Virus record (IMG/VR): IMGVR_UViG_3300006204_000007
Coordinates: 1 to 64,000 of that record
DNA: 64,000 bases
Direction: 5' to 3' (one strand)
Source of the DNA: a virus
Lineage: Duplodnaviria; Caudoviricetes
Part shown: positions 28,747 to 38,407 of the stretch, piece by piece
How the letters are laid out: each line of letters opens with the position of its first letter
Numbering within the stretch: the stretch's first letter is position 1
Position numbers and translations under genes: made by a program
The notes under the pieces: generated by a model
What the model saw: the letters and a program-made list of their open reading frames with translations, nothing else
Database searches by the model: none
Told to the model about the DNA's origin: nothing

Positions 28747-29255
28747 TTTTTGCCTTTCCTTTTATGATCCTGTGGCTGGTACTTTGCCATGCGCTGTTTG
28801 CTTGCCAGTTTTTCTAACTTAATCTTGTGTTCAGATAATCTCTCAATGACCGGGATTAACTTATCCCAAAAGTCAAGGAAACACTCTAAATCCGGCTGGA
28901 AGTTGGGAATCACTGCATACACATCACCAAAGAATTTCCGAGTTGTTCCCTCGCCGAAAACTCCATCCATAATAGCAGTTGCCTTTTCAGAGAAATACTT
29001 CCTTTCCTCAATTTCTTTTTTATAGTCCATATCGCCGGATTCAGACTCTTTCTTTTCCATTTCCTCTGCTAATGCTGTCAGTTCATCACCAGCCGCCCGG
29101 AATCTGTCAAAGATAGAAATATCATTGCCGGAAATCACGATGTAATCATCACCGCCGCCGACGTATACTTTTGTAAGCGTCAACCGGTTGTCAATCCTGA
29201 TTTCTTCTGTTTTGGTATTTTCATTTTCAATTTTCATTTCTTCAATTTCTGCCAT
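28743..29255 (-). CDS. Tail assembly chaperone
   Basis: Between the major tail gene and the Gp15-like gene. Confidence 0.7.
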   Translation of the reverse strand: MAEIEEMKIENENTKTEEIRIDNRLTLTKVYVGGGDDYIVISGNDISIFDRFRAAGDELTALAEEMEKKESESGDMDYKKEIEERKYFSEKATAIMDGVFGEGTTRKFFGDVYAVIPNFQPDLECFLDFWDKLIPVIERLSEHKIKLEKLASKQRMAKYQPQDHKRKGKK

Positions 29256-29310
29256 ATTATTGTCCTTTCAGAAATGGAGCATATCCCAAACGAATACACC
29301 CCATTATTTT

Positions 29311-29871
29311 TTAACTAAGATTGCTCTTGCTGCTTGTCTTGGCAAGTTTCTGTTCGCTTAATGCTGCCGGAGTTTCCCCACCAGTCGCAGGAGTGAATGT
29401 CGGTACTCTTTCTGTTACAGATACAGTTCCCTCTACCCTGCCGCCGTTTGGACTTACATTAAATGGCAAGCCAAATCCAGCAAGTTCTCCGCCGGTGCTC
29501 TGGGGAACAACGACAACATTCTCCATCCAGCCTTTTCCGGTCAGCGTCTTTGTGTCAGAATCCCTTACCTCCTCGTCCAGAACCGCTTCTAACAGATAAG
29601 CCGCAGTCGAATCCTCATCAAATTTCCTGTTCATTGCCATGCCGAGGATTTTCTCATAAATGGCATCTTCCGTCCGGGCATAGTATGTATCTACTGCCAG
29701 TTCTGGCTGGTAGCCGCTGTGGTTTACAATGGTTTCCCCCAGTACGTTTTTGGTTGTCTCCACGTCCGGGTTCAACTCGTACGTTAAGGAATCCGTGTCT
29801 TTTCCAATCAGCGTCCATTCTTTCTTGTCAAATGAAAGCCATATGGCGTATGCCGCTCTTGGTAATTTCAT
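29311..29871 (-). CDS. Major tail (tube) protein
   Basis: LIGKDTDSLTYELNPDVETTKNVLG motif and position. Confidence 0.8.
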   Translation of the reverse strand: MKLPRAAYAIWLSFDKKEWTLIGKDTDSLTYELNPDVETTKNVLGETIVNHSGYQPELAVDTYYARTEDAIYEKILGMAMNRKFDEDSTAAYLLEAVLDEEVRDSDTKTLTGKGWMENVVVVPQSTGGELAGFGLPFNVSPNGGRVEGTVSVTERVPTFTPATGGETPAALSEQKLAKTSSKSNLS

Positions 29872-29885
29872 TGTGTTTCTCCTTT

Positions 29886-30335
29886 CTACTCTACTTCATA
29901 TTCCATCACCGCATCGGCGGCATAGACAGTTGACTTATCGCCCTCAACCTCTATTACATCTGAAAAACTGCCGCTTGTGGTGATTTTTGTTATTGTTCTG
30001 TTACCTGTCATACTGGGAAGATTCTGAATATCCTCCAGCCATCCGGAAATGTCGTCTACAACCGCCTGCGCGTTAATCATCTGTGCGTTTGTTTTCGGAA
30101 AACTTTGATACATAATCCGTATCACCAGTTCTGCCGTAAATCCACCAAGCACATTTCTCTTCTTGATGTTTCCTCCGGCGGTCGATATGCTTACGCACTT
30201 TCCAACCTCCAATGCGTTGTACTTAATCTTTGCGTCCTTTGGAATATACGGACACTCCGCAATCAGTTCCAGCAGCATTTCCCCGACTTTATCGTATTCC
30301 GTTTTTGACAGGCGTTCTTTGATTTCTTCGGGCAT
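29886..30335 (-). CDS. Tail terminator / minor capsid-like protein
   Basis: Position upstream of the tail tube gene. Confidence 0.65.
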   Translation of the reverse strand: MPEEIKERLSKTEYDKVGEMLLELIAECPYIPKDAKIKYNALEVGKCVSISTAGGNIKKRNVLGGFTAELVIRIMYQSFPKTNAQMINAQAVVDDISGWLEDIQNLPSMTGNRTITKITTSGSFSDVIEVEGDKSTVYAADAVMEYEVE

Positions 30336-30574
30336 AGGCTAACCTCCGTTCCATATAAAAGCATTGGTATTCAGCACAATACCGTTGCCCGTTTCCGTAA
30401 AAATTGGCTCTGTGCCATTGTATATTTGGAAATCCACATCTTTTCTGCAAATCCCCTTTTCTCCGTCCGCAAGAGGTATGCAGGCGATAATCTCTTTTGT
30501 TTTCTTGTCAAATACAACAATCGTCTGCATTATCTTCCTCCAATCTCAAACCTCGGTATCAGCGTATAAACGGC

Positions 30575-30853
30575 TTACTCTGCCGCCTCATAGGTCTTTT
30601 CAAAGATGTCCGGCTTGCATGGGTAAAACTCCCCGTTTACGCCCTTGATAATGAAATCTCCCTTAGTACACTCATGGTCTCCCTCTAAGGTATGGATTTT
30701 CATATTTACAATGGGCGCACCTTTGCCAACTTCCCAAGCGGCATCGTGAATATCGTATTTCAGAGATTCCCCGACAAACGCTTTTACTTCTTCAAGATTT
30801 AACCCCGTCCACTGGATAGCTTCGATTACAACGGGTTTCTTTCTATACTTCAT
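30575..30853 (-). CDS. Conserved phage protein ([12 protein letters not shown] family)
   Basis: [11 protein letters not shown]...[24 protein letters not shown]. Confidence 0.85.
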   Translation of the reverse strand: MKYRKKPVVIEAIQWTGLNLEEVKAFVGESLKYDIHDAAWEVGKGAPIVNMKIHTLEGDHECTKGDFIIKGVNGEFYPCKPDIFEKTYEAAE

Positions 30854-30857
30854 ACTT

Positions 30858-31304
30858 TTATCTTCCTCCTATTTCAAATCTTGGTATTAAGGTGTAAACG
30901 TCCACCGTATCAACGCTGAACGCATAGCCGTACTTGGTCTTGATATACTCAAAAAATCCGCCAGGGTACTTGCTTTCGTCTTGGTCTATCAGTCCGACAG
31001 GCACATCAATGTCAATGCCTAACTCTGCTTTCTTCACAATTACGAAGAAATTCTTCCCCTCTGTGTCAAGTGTGAAATTCTCAAGCATTTCATCAGTGGT
31101 TAAGTCGTTCCACACTTCCGGGGCTTTGTACGGTTTTGGCAGATTGGCATTCGGGATTTTCACCACGCACACGCTGGCGTTTTCCATGCCGCTTGCTTTC
31201 TGGTTTGCCCCCTGCGTCAGTTCCACCCGCACATTGTCAAACCGTGTGCCGAAATATGTTTCTGTTTCCATCAGTCCGTTTATGTACCGATTGTAGATAA
31301 CCAT
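30858..31304 (-). CDS. Head closure (head-tail) protein
   Basis: Position and size in the A118-like head-tail block. Confidence 0.6.
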   Translation of the reverse strand: MVIYNRYINGLMETETYFGTRFDNVRVELTQGANQKASGMENASVCVVKIPNANLPKPYKAPEVWNDLTTDEMLENFTLDTEGKNFFVIVKKAELGIDIDVPVGLIDQDESKYPGGFFEYIKTKYGYAFSVDTVDVYTLIPRFEIGGR

Positions 31305-31318
31305 GCTGTCAACATAGC

Positions 31319-32248
31319 CTATCCCAAATTAACCGCCCCCTCTATCCGCTGTTTTGCAATCTCAAAATATTGCTCCGATAGTTCCATGCCAATAAAGTTT
31401 CTTCCAGTGTTGACGCAAGCAAGGCCAGTCGAACCGCTACCCATGCAGTTATCAAGCACTGTATCACCCTCGTTGGTATATATCTTTATGAGATATTCAA
31501 GAAGAGAAACGGGTTTCTGCGTTGGATGAAATCTTTTAGATTCTTTTTTGAAATCCAAAATATTTCCAACAAACTTTTTTCCGCTTGGGATATTAAACAC
31601 TCTCGCAAAATCTTCATTGAATTTATTGTTCAATAATTTACATTCAGAAAATGTTTTAAACCCTTGCATTTTGTCAATCCCGAAAGAATTTATCAATTCT
31701 ATGTATGTTTGTTCTGTACATAAAGAAAATTGGCTTGTATTGACATAAAAACAATGCTCCGCTTTTCTATGACCAAGTATTTTGTTAATTTCTTTTCCGC
31801 TTGCAACTCCAATATAATCAAGTATTTTTTGAAAATACTCCCTTAAAGGATTTAATAATTGGCTGTCGTGTCGTTTGTGAAATACGCTTAAATCCTCAAA
31901 ATATGAAACTGGCGCATTATGTGATACCAATGGATTAGCGAAATGGTCTTTTTTCCATATCAATGGATAACAAAATTCTAAATTTGTTTTTGGCTCATAC
32001 CTCAATTTAGATGTGTATGGTTCCTGTGAAAACAAAATAGCGATTCCATTTTTGCGAAGCACTCTTTCGTATTGGCGAAACAAATCTTCATCATTTAAAC
32101 GGTTGTCCCACTCTGTAGATTTTTCGTCCCAGCCATCCAAATCAGCGCCTCTCATTGTTCCATACGGTAAATCGCATAAAACCATATCAATACAACCGTC
32201 TGGAACATCCTTCATCAATTCAAGGCAATCACCGTTAAGAAGTTTCAT
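31319..32248 (-). CDS. DNA N6-adenine/N4-cytosine methyltransferase (beta class)
   Basis: DLPYG motif IV, HPTQKP, LDNCMGSGST motif I. Confidence 0.92.
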   Translation of the reverse strand: MKLLNGDCLELMKDVPDGCIDMVLCDLPYGTMRGADLDGWDEKSTEWDNRLNDEDLFRQYERVLRKNGIAILFSQEPYTSKLRYEPKTNLEFCYPLIWKKDHFANPLVSHNAPVSYFEDLSVFHKRHDSQLLNPLREYFQKILDYIGVASGKEINKILGHRKAEHCFYVNTSQFSLCTEQTYIELINSFGIDKMQGFKTFSECKLLNNKFNEDFARVFNIPSGKKFVGNILDFKKESKRFHPTQKPVSLLEYLIKIYTNEGDTVLDNCMGSGSTGLACVNTGRNFIGMELSEQYFEIAKQRIEGAVNLG

Positions 32249-32795
32249 TTTCGCTTTCCTCCTGCTTCTCCACTGGCTTATCCTCCGGCGGTCTGCTTAT
32301 CGGGGCATTGCGGCGTGGGTAGGGTATTCCGGCATACAGAAGATTTACGCCGTTGGAATCCGGCACAAGTGAGAGATATTCCCTCACAGTATCACGGTAT
32401 AGCCGTTCCTGCGCCGCCTTGTCCGACAAAACAGTGTCAATCAGTGTGCTGCCGGATTCTGCCTTTGCCGTGTATGATATGGATTCACTGCCAGAGGAAA
32501 CGGAAGATACCACTTTCCCCCGGAGTGCGCCGGATTCGTCCGTTATGTACCCCTGCCCCTCTGCCACACGCTTGTTTGCCGCTTCAATCTGCCCGGCAAT
32601 CTTAATCAGCTTGCAGACGCACCGCCGGACGGCTTCTGCATCGTCCTCATTGGTCGGGAATGCGAATTTCAGCTTATTCAGCGTGAGAGTGTCCACTTTC
32701 CGGCAAGCCTCCCATGACAGCCGGTTAAAGTCGGTTTCCGGCATGGATTCCTCGCCGTATATGCTTTTGTAGTAGTCGTAGGTTACATATCCCAT
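32235..32795 (-). CDS. Head-tail connector protein
   Basis: YVTYDYY..., VSSVSSGSESISY, LLYAG. Confidence 0.8.
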   Translation of the reverse strand: MGYVTYDYYKSIYGEESMPETDFNRLSWEACRKVDTLTLNKLKFAFPTNEDDAEAVRRCVCKLIKIAGQIEAANKRVAEGQGYITDESGALRGKVVSSVSSGSESISYTAKAESGSTLIDTVLSDKAAQERLYRDTVREYLSLVPDSNGVNLLYAGIPYPRRNAPISRPPEDKPVEKQEESENETS

Positions 32796-32798
32796 GGG

Positions 32799-33056
32799 CT
32801 ACTCCACGATTTCCCAATCTTCTGCCAACATATCAGCCTGGGAAGCAAGCCAGCCGCACTGGTAGCCGCTTGTGCCGACAAACATCAGGAATTTGCTTCC
32901 AATGTTTTCATGCTCCGGGTCAATAACTACCTCTCCAGATTTAGTGGCGCATGTTTTCATGTATGCCAAAACAACATACTGTTCTTTTCCGTTCCAGCCC
33001 TTGCGCTTTGCCTTCTTTCCGTTTTTGATTGCTTCTAACGCTTCTCCAAAATTCAT
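32799..33056 (-). CDS. DUF2829 / Tad2-like nucleotide-sponge anti-defence protein
   Basis: MNFGEAL..K.GKKAKRKGWNGK...WLASQADMLAEDW signature. Confidence 0.85.
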   Translation of the reverse strand: MNFGEALEAIKNGKKAKRKGWNGKEQYVVLAYMKTCATKSGEVVIDPEHENIGSKFLMFVGTSGYQCGWLASQADMLAEDWEIVE

Positions 33057-33123
33057 AGTCTTATTTTCCTCCTATTTGATTTCCAGCATGAAATACTTTA
33101 CATATCCCATGCCGGTTTGCTTT

Positions 33124-34107
33124 TTATGACAGCTTCGTACTCTTTGCCCTTGTCGTGCCGCCAGATTCCTCGCCGGTTTCGCTTGCACTGGATGCACCCG
33201 GTTTCTTGCTGTAGAAAATCAGGTCAGGCATAACAACCTTACAGCCGTAGTGGAAGAACATGCCGATTGCATACGCATTGGAAAGCTCAATCTGCTTTGC
33301 TTGGTATTCGTCTGCCATAACCGGCTCCGCAATCGCCCCGGTACACATAGCGATAATCTCAACTCCCTCCGGCTGATGAACATTGGAGTAAATCCATGCA
33401 CCGTGATACCGCCCGAACTCCGCAACGTCCGTCTGAACATTTGCGTTGCCTTTTGTGTCGATGTAGTCCCGCATTTCCTCGTAGGCTTCCGGGGACAGGA
33501 CAACGTGAATATCCTCTTTCTCGATGCCGTCCACAAACTCATTTTTTGCAGTGTGCAGCTTCATCACTACCGCCGTTACACGGTCTTTAATGGTATCGCC
33601 GGACACCGTAACCTCTGTACCGCCGTCAACCGTCCCAACAGTGCCGTCACTCTCTTTGCGCTTGCCGACAGCCACAAGGAAAAAGTTTTCATCCAGTTCC
33701 CGAACCATGGCACGGGTAATAGCTGTTTTTCTTTCAGATAACAGCCCAGGAATGCCGCCCAGCCGGATATCCTTTTCCTCGTATTCCTCCATGATTTCCT
33801 TGTCGATGTCGATGTCTACGGCAACCTCAAATCCCCTGCCGGGCTTTCCTTTTCTTGCCGCCCTTGCCGTGCCGTATTCTTCTGATTTTGCAGAAGCAAA
33901 TCTTTTCGCCACAAGCGTTCCTGCCTGCGGGTCGCCGGATAATCTCTGATTTTTGAAAAGGCTTGAAATCGTCCGCCTGCCGACATTCTCAATAATGCCC
34001 TTATATTCCTCTGCAAGTTTCAGTTTTCCGTCTTCGGTTCCTGCCAAATCGGAAAGTTTTACAAGATTTAATGAATCAATAGCCATAATAAAATCCTTTC
34101 TACCCAT
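33124..34107 (-). CDS. Major capsid protein
   Basis: Directly after the scaffold gene; about 320 aa. Confidence 0.8.
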   Translation of the reverse strand: MGRKDFIMAIDSLNLVKLSDLAGTEDGKLKLAEEYKGIIENVGRRTISSLFKNQRLSGDPQAGTLVAKRFASAKSEEYGTARAARKGKPGRGFEVAVDIDIDKEIMEEYEEKDIRLGGIPGLLSERKTAITRAMVRELDENFFLVAVGKRKESDGTVGTVDGGTEVTVSGDTIKDRVTAVVMKLHTAKNEFVDGIEKEDIHVVLSPEAYEEMRDYIDTKGNANVQTDVAEFGRYHGAWIYSNVHQPEGVEIIAMCTGAIAEPVMADEYQAKQIELSNAYAIGMFFHYGCKVVMPDLIFYSKKPGASSASETGEESGGTTRAKSTKLS

Positions 34108-34163
34108 AATTTTTAAAAGGTGTGTGGGTCAGCGACTTACTCAAACGTAAGCCGGTACTCGAT

Positions 34164-34772
34164 TTAGAAAATCACAGGAGCCGGACTGGTATCTTTTGCC
34201 GGGGTCTGCTTCGGCTCGGACTTGTCCGTAAACTTCGGCGCACTTCCGGCGGCTTTCTCTTTGGCTTCGGCCTCTGCCTTTTCAGCTTCGGTCTGGTAGA
34301 AATGGTCTTTTTCATTCTCCTTTGCCAGATAGTCCGACAGCCCCATAAATGCGCCGTCCTTCCACTTCAAGCCGTCATCGCCCATGATTTCACGCATGAG
34401 AGAATCCCTGACACGTCCTGACTCGATTTTCAGCTTGTCAAACTCGCCTTTCAGATAATCCCGCTGGTCACGCTCCAAAATCTGCTTCGTAGCCATGTCC
34501 TGCGCTTCTTTTGCAGCCTGTTTATACTTCTGGATTTCCTCCTCCTGTTTCTCCGGGTCGATGTCCTTAAACTTCTCCAGGGTTTCATTTGCCGTGTCAA
34601 GCTGCCCTTTGTAAGTGTCCCGGTCTGCTTCTGCCGCTTCCAGCTTCTTGACCTGCTTGTTGTAATCAGCAATAGGCTTATAGTTCTCGGCTACGGCATC
34701 ATTGACAGCCTTTTTCTGCTCCTCCGTTACTTCCAGTCCTGCGTCTTTCAAAATCTGCTCAATACTTTTCAT
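34164..34772 (-). CDS. Capsid scaffolding protein
   Basis: Charged coiled coil, DNYKPIADY, LKWKDG; upstream of the capsid gene. Confidence 0.85.
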   Translation of the reverse strand: MKSIEQILKDAGLEVTEEQKKAVNDAVAENYKPIADYNKQVKKLEAAEADRDTYKGQLDTANETLEKFKDIDPEKQEEEIQKYKQAAKEAQDMATKQILERDQRDYLKGEFDKLKIESGRVRDSLMREIMGDDGLKWKDGAFMGLSDYLAKENEKDHFYQTEAEKAEAEAKEKAAGSAPKFTDKSEPKQTPAKDTSPAPVIF

Positions 34773-34848
34773 GCTCCATGTCCTCCATACATTTGTTTAT
34801 ACCGGGCTGTCCCCGGTCTGTGAGTAAGCGTGTATACTGCGCCCAGTA

Positions 34849-34895
34849 AAGCCGTTCCGGGGATTGAACCCGGAAGCTGCCTATACAGAACGGCT
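34849..34895 (-). ncRNA. Mini tRNA-like element (acceptor stem plus T-arm, no D or anticodon arm)
   Basis: AGCCGTT/AACGGCT 7-bp stem; CCGGG-TTCAATC-CCCGG T-arm; only 15 nt between. Confidence 0.6.
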
Positions 34896-35137
34896 AATTC
34901 CTTTGATTGCCTGTTGTCAATTCTTCTCTCAACTTCTGCATTTTCTTTTCATGCTCTGCCTTAGTGATGTAATTTTCGTGAATCTTTTTGTACAGCTCTC
35001 TGTGTCTTTCTGGCGGCACAACCAGGCCAAATTCCTTGCAAATTTCAATAATGTTTTTCATGATATGTCCTCCTTAACGTATTTTTTAACAGCGTGTCCG
35101 CTGTATGGATTTAGGCAGATGAACCTCTGCCGGGGTA

Positions 35138-35245
35138 GCGCCCAAGCAAGGAGTCGAACCTTGCCGTCCATGGGTCTCATACAGTTTGCAAAGCTGAATC
35201 TCCCATAGCCAACACAGCCGTTGCTACTTTCCCTCTGTATGCGCA
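35138..35245 (-). other. Degenerate tRNA-like element
   Basis: Perfect T-arm CAAGG-TTCGACT-CCTTG; remainder is not a canonical cloverleaf. Confidence 0.4.
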
Positions 35246-35279
35246 CTTCTTTGGGATTTCACAAGTGTTGCAGGCGTAA

Positions 35280-35353
35280 TCGGAATTGGTGGACTCGAAC
35301 CACCGACACACGGCTTATAAGGCCGCCGCTCTAACCGACTGAGCTAAATTCCG
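35280..35353 (-). tRNA. tRNA-Ile (anticodon UAU), no encoded CCA
   Basis: CGGAATT/AATTCCG acceptor, AGCTCAGTCGGTTAGAGC D-arm, GCGGC-CTTATAA-GCCGT anticodon arm, GGTGGTTCGAGTCCACC T-arm. Confidence 0.92.
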
Positions 35354-35730
35354 AGGGAGTGCGCCCACCCACAAGGGGCAGACGCTAGGGAATGCCGCCT
35401 ATAACGGTCAGCACTTCTAAAAGTAACTGGGTTGAGTTCCACAGAGGATATAGGAAAATCAAATAATTGATAATGTCAAAATAAAAATGCCAGCAAACAC
35501 GATTTCTCGTATCTACTGGCACTGAAGCTTTGTTACTGGCACTAAACGCTATTCATTTAAAAGTTTAAAGAATAAAATTACTGGATTTTTATATCCATCA
35601 CTTTTTAAAAACTCTGTAAGCCTTACCATGTTATCAAACGAATCTATTTTGTAATCCAGTTTAAGGCAAATTCCTGTGTGCATTTGTCCTTCTTCGTGGT
35701 CGCTCAATATTGCAAAATAGTATTCAAACA

Positions 35731-35934
35731 TTACTTCCCCACCGCCTTACTCTCCATATCCTTAATATCCATAACCGTCTCCCTTTTGCACTTCGGGCAG
35801 AACACAATGAGGTTTTTCGCTTCCGTGTCCGGCCTGATTTTCGTGCGGGTTTTTCCTCCACAGATGGGGCAGAGTACCCATTTTTCAATCACATTCTTTT
35901 TCATAACAAGAAATTTTTCTCCATGCGATAACAT
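35731..35934 (-). CDS. Cysteine-rich KTR-domain protein
   Basis: WVLCPICGGKTRTKIR...FCPKCKRE. Confidence 0.85.
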   Translation of the reverse strand: MLSHGEKFLVMKKNVIEKWVLCPICGGKTRTKIRPDTEAKNLIVFCPKCKRETVMDIKDMESKAVGK

Positions 35935-36054
35935 CTATTATTATTTCTATTTTACACTTATGGCAACTTATACTAAAGTTTCTTGGGCACATTTCGAGAT
36001 ATATTTTTGATTTTGTTTTTCCTCCGCAAAATGGGCAGCGTACCCGTTTTTCTG

Positions 36055-36522
36055 TCATGGCTGATACCTCTCATAATCAATCGTTTCAAATTCATCAAAC
36101 ACATTTGGATAGAATATGCCAATCCAAAAATCGCGCTGAATATTCTGATTGTACGCAACATCTTGATTCCAATCCTGAACCTCGTCGATGATTTTTTTGC
36201 TTAGAAGTCCAAATTCATCACGGCAAGAACCACTTTCCAATTTGTACGTAAGTGCGGTATATGTTTCTCTCCACATGTGAACTTTTGCGTTAATTCCGCA
36301 ACTGTTCAAAATAATTACAATCAACATAATTAAAGCGACTAATCCGCTAATCACCGCAACTGTACTGCCGCCAAATAGAAGTTCGTCATCATGACGATAC
36401 ACAAATTCAATATACTTGTTGTTATCGTCTTCTCCCCGACAAAACTTCTCGCCTATTTTTACAGTTGCCACCATAAAAGCAATTCCTAAAGCCGTTAAAA
36501 TTAAAGCAATCCAAAATACCAT
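36055..36522 (-). CDS. Two-TM membrane protein
   Basis: Two hydrophobic segments; own promoter and RBS. Confidence 0.65.
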   Translation of the reverse strand: MVFWIALILTALGIAFMVATVKIGEKFCRGEDDNNKYIEFVYRHDDELLFGGSTVAVISGLVALIMLIVIILNSCGINAKVHMWRETYTALTYKLESGSCRDEFGLLSKKIIDEVQDWNQDVAYNQNIQRDFWIGIFYPNVFDEFETIDYERYQP

Positions 36523-36835
36523 TTCTCTATCCCTCCCGATTTCCTATATTGTACCGCAGTTTTTCTGGGTAGTTGTACCAAGTTAAAGGCTATTTCTTTT
36601 TGGAACCTCCAAAAATAGCACCGAAAATCAGAGCAAGCATTATACCGATATTCCAAATTAAAACAACCGTTCCGCTGAACACCCAAAAGCTGCTAAATAT
36701 GTACTTCAAAACATCCAACATTCCCATATCCTCCCTTTTACGGTTTCCGACAGGGAAAAACTCCCCTATCGGAATATTTTGTTTTCGACAGGGCAGTGAC
36801 CGCTTGCTCCTGTCTAGCGTAGAGCGACTACGCAG

Positions 36836-36908
36836 CATAGAGGAACAAGGAATCGAACCTTGCCAGCGAAGCCATGCCATCACATTTCAAGCCTGCACAC
36901 TCTACTCT
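36836..36908 (-). other. Degenerate tRNA-like element
   Basis: T-arm CAAGG-TTCGATT-CCTTG; imperfect AGAGTAG/TTCCTCT acceptor; tRNA-like length. Confidence 0.4.
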
Positions 36909-37134
36909 GCGAAGAGCTATCTGTTCCCAGTAATACCTCTACTATCCATACAAACCACGCACCACCGACTATTTGCAGTTCATCAAGCAATACTCAGTTC
37001 AAAGATATTGTCCATTTTCTGTCTGCAAGGACTGTACAGGGGAATTTCTTCAACCATTTACATCATACCATGATTCAATAAATTATTTGTACCAGGTTAT
37101 GCGCAAAAGAAAATAGATGTAAAAAGAAATGACT

Positions 37135-37410
37135 TAGTAGCATTGGTAGTCTTGGTAGCTTTTTTGACATTCCATCAAACCCTTGATTTTACTGACATTT
37201 TTAACACAAAGCTACTAAAGCTACTAAGGCTACTAATATATATTGTTTTCTTATGATAAAAAATATATATATAATAATATATAGTAAATATATATAATAA
37301 AGATTGTTGAAAAATTTGGTAGTTTTGGTAGCTATGGTTACAAACCCTTTAAAATCAAGGCTTTCAACGGCTACCATCTGACTACCAACTAGGCTACCAA
37401 CTAGCTACCA
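37135..37410. repeat. Origin-like array: four blocks of (T/G)GTAGC/GCTAC repeats around an AT-rich core
   Basis: Blocks at 37135-37159, 37211-37236, 37316-37332 and 37369-37410 in alternating orientation; (TA)n-rich core about 37237-37300. Confidence 0.75.
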
Positions 37411-37439
37411 TAGTTGCTTTTTATAGAAAAAGAGCGGCA

Positions 37440-38030
37440 TCACTGCCGCCCCTTGTCGTGGGAGATTTTTTCTTCGATTGCTTGAACAATATATGCGTTT
37501 AGGCTCATATTGGAGTTATCGGCGTATTGTTGTATTTCTGCATAAAGAGAAGCGTCAATATGTATATTTCTTATGATTTTTTCTTTATATATCGGTTTCT
37601 CTCGTTTTTGGATAATTTCTGAAATATATTTTGCCATCACGCTATCTTTTTTGCATTCTCTAAGCATAGACAATAATTCATTTTTACTTGAACATGTTGT
37701 TTTTGCTTTGTTATATCCCACATTTAAACTATCATATTTTTGGATAAAGAATGATTCTTTCTCAAACAAATCAAATTGATTGCACCCATACGGCAACATT
37801 TCTAAAATTTCTACAGAAAATGTATCTCCATTCTGAATATCGTTCTTCATGGTTAAAATAGGTGATAGGCTATGCTGTTTTATTCTCTTTTTCACATTTT
37901 GAGAAGAACCAATATACATCTTTTGGCTTCGATTGTTTATAATGGCGTATACTCCTATCCCCTCATAATCTGGTATATCAATTACAAATTCAGTATTGTT
38001 TACAATTTTCTCCATAAAATATCCTTTCAA
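37440..38030 (-). CDS. GIY-YIG nuclease with C-terminal ribbon-helix-helix-like domain
   Basis: GVYAI...YIGSSQNVKKRIKQH; NIHIDASLYAEI...SLNAYIVQAI. Confidence 0.8.
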   Translation of the reverse strand: MKGYFMEKIVNNTEFVIDIPDYEGIGVYAIINNRSQKMYIGSSQNVKKRIKQHSLSPILTMKNDIQNGDTFSVEILEMLPYGCNQFDLFEKESFFIQKYDSLNVGYNKAKTTCSSKNELLSMLRECKKDSVMAKYISEIIQKREKPIYKEKIIRNIHIDASLYAEIQQYADNSNMSLNAYIVQAIEEKISHDKGRQ

Positions 38031-38033
38031 AAA

Positions 38034-38258
38034 TCAATCTGTCACCCTGTCCCCGTCCGGCAAAACAAACGAACTTTCAAACTTGCACCCGGCGGCTTCT
38101 GCTACTTTTTTCAATTCTGCCGGAGTAAAGGTTTCCCTTTTCATTTTCTGGATAAATGCTTGCGGACTTGTGCCGCATAACCTTGCCAATTCTGAAACAC
38201 TGATGTTAAGCTTCACACATAATATTTTTATCTGTTCTGATACTGCCAATATATCCAC
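38034..38258 (-). CDS. HTH (Xre) regulator
   Basis: ISVSELARLCGTSPQAF. Confidence 0.85.
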   Translation of the reverse strand: MDILAVSEQIKILCVKLNISVSELARLCGTSPQAFIQKMKRETFTPAELKKVAEAAGCKFESSFVLPDGDRVTD

Positions 38259-38346
38259 CTCTCTTTCTATACCTTATTATAAACGAAAACATTTAAAATA
38301 GCAATATCTTTACTCAAAAAATAAATAAAAATATTTAATATAAGTG

Positions 38347-38375
38347 TTGACATTTTAAACAGAACCGTTTATAAT
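38347..38375 (+). promoter_or_regulatory. Consensus sigmaA promoter of the moron operon
   Basis: TTGACA-17-TATAAT. Confidence 0.85.
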
Positions 38376-38407
38376 TAGACTTATCAAAGGAACGGAGGAT
38401 ATGGGAT

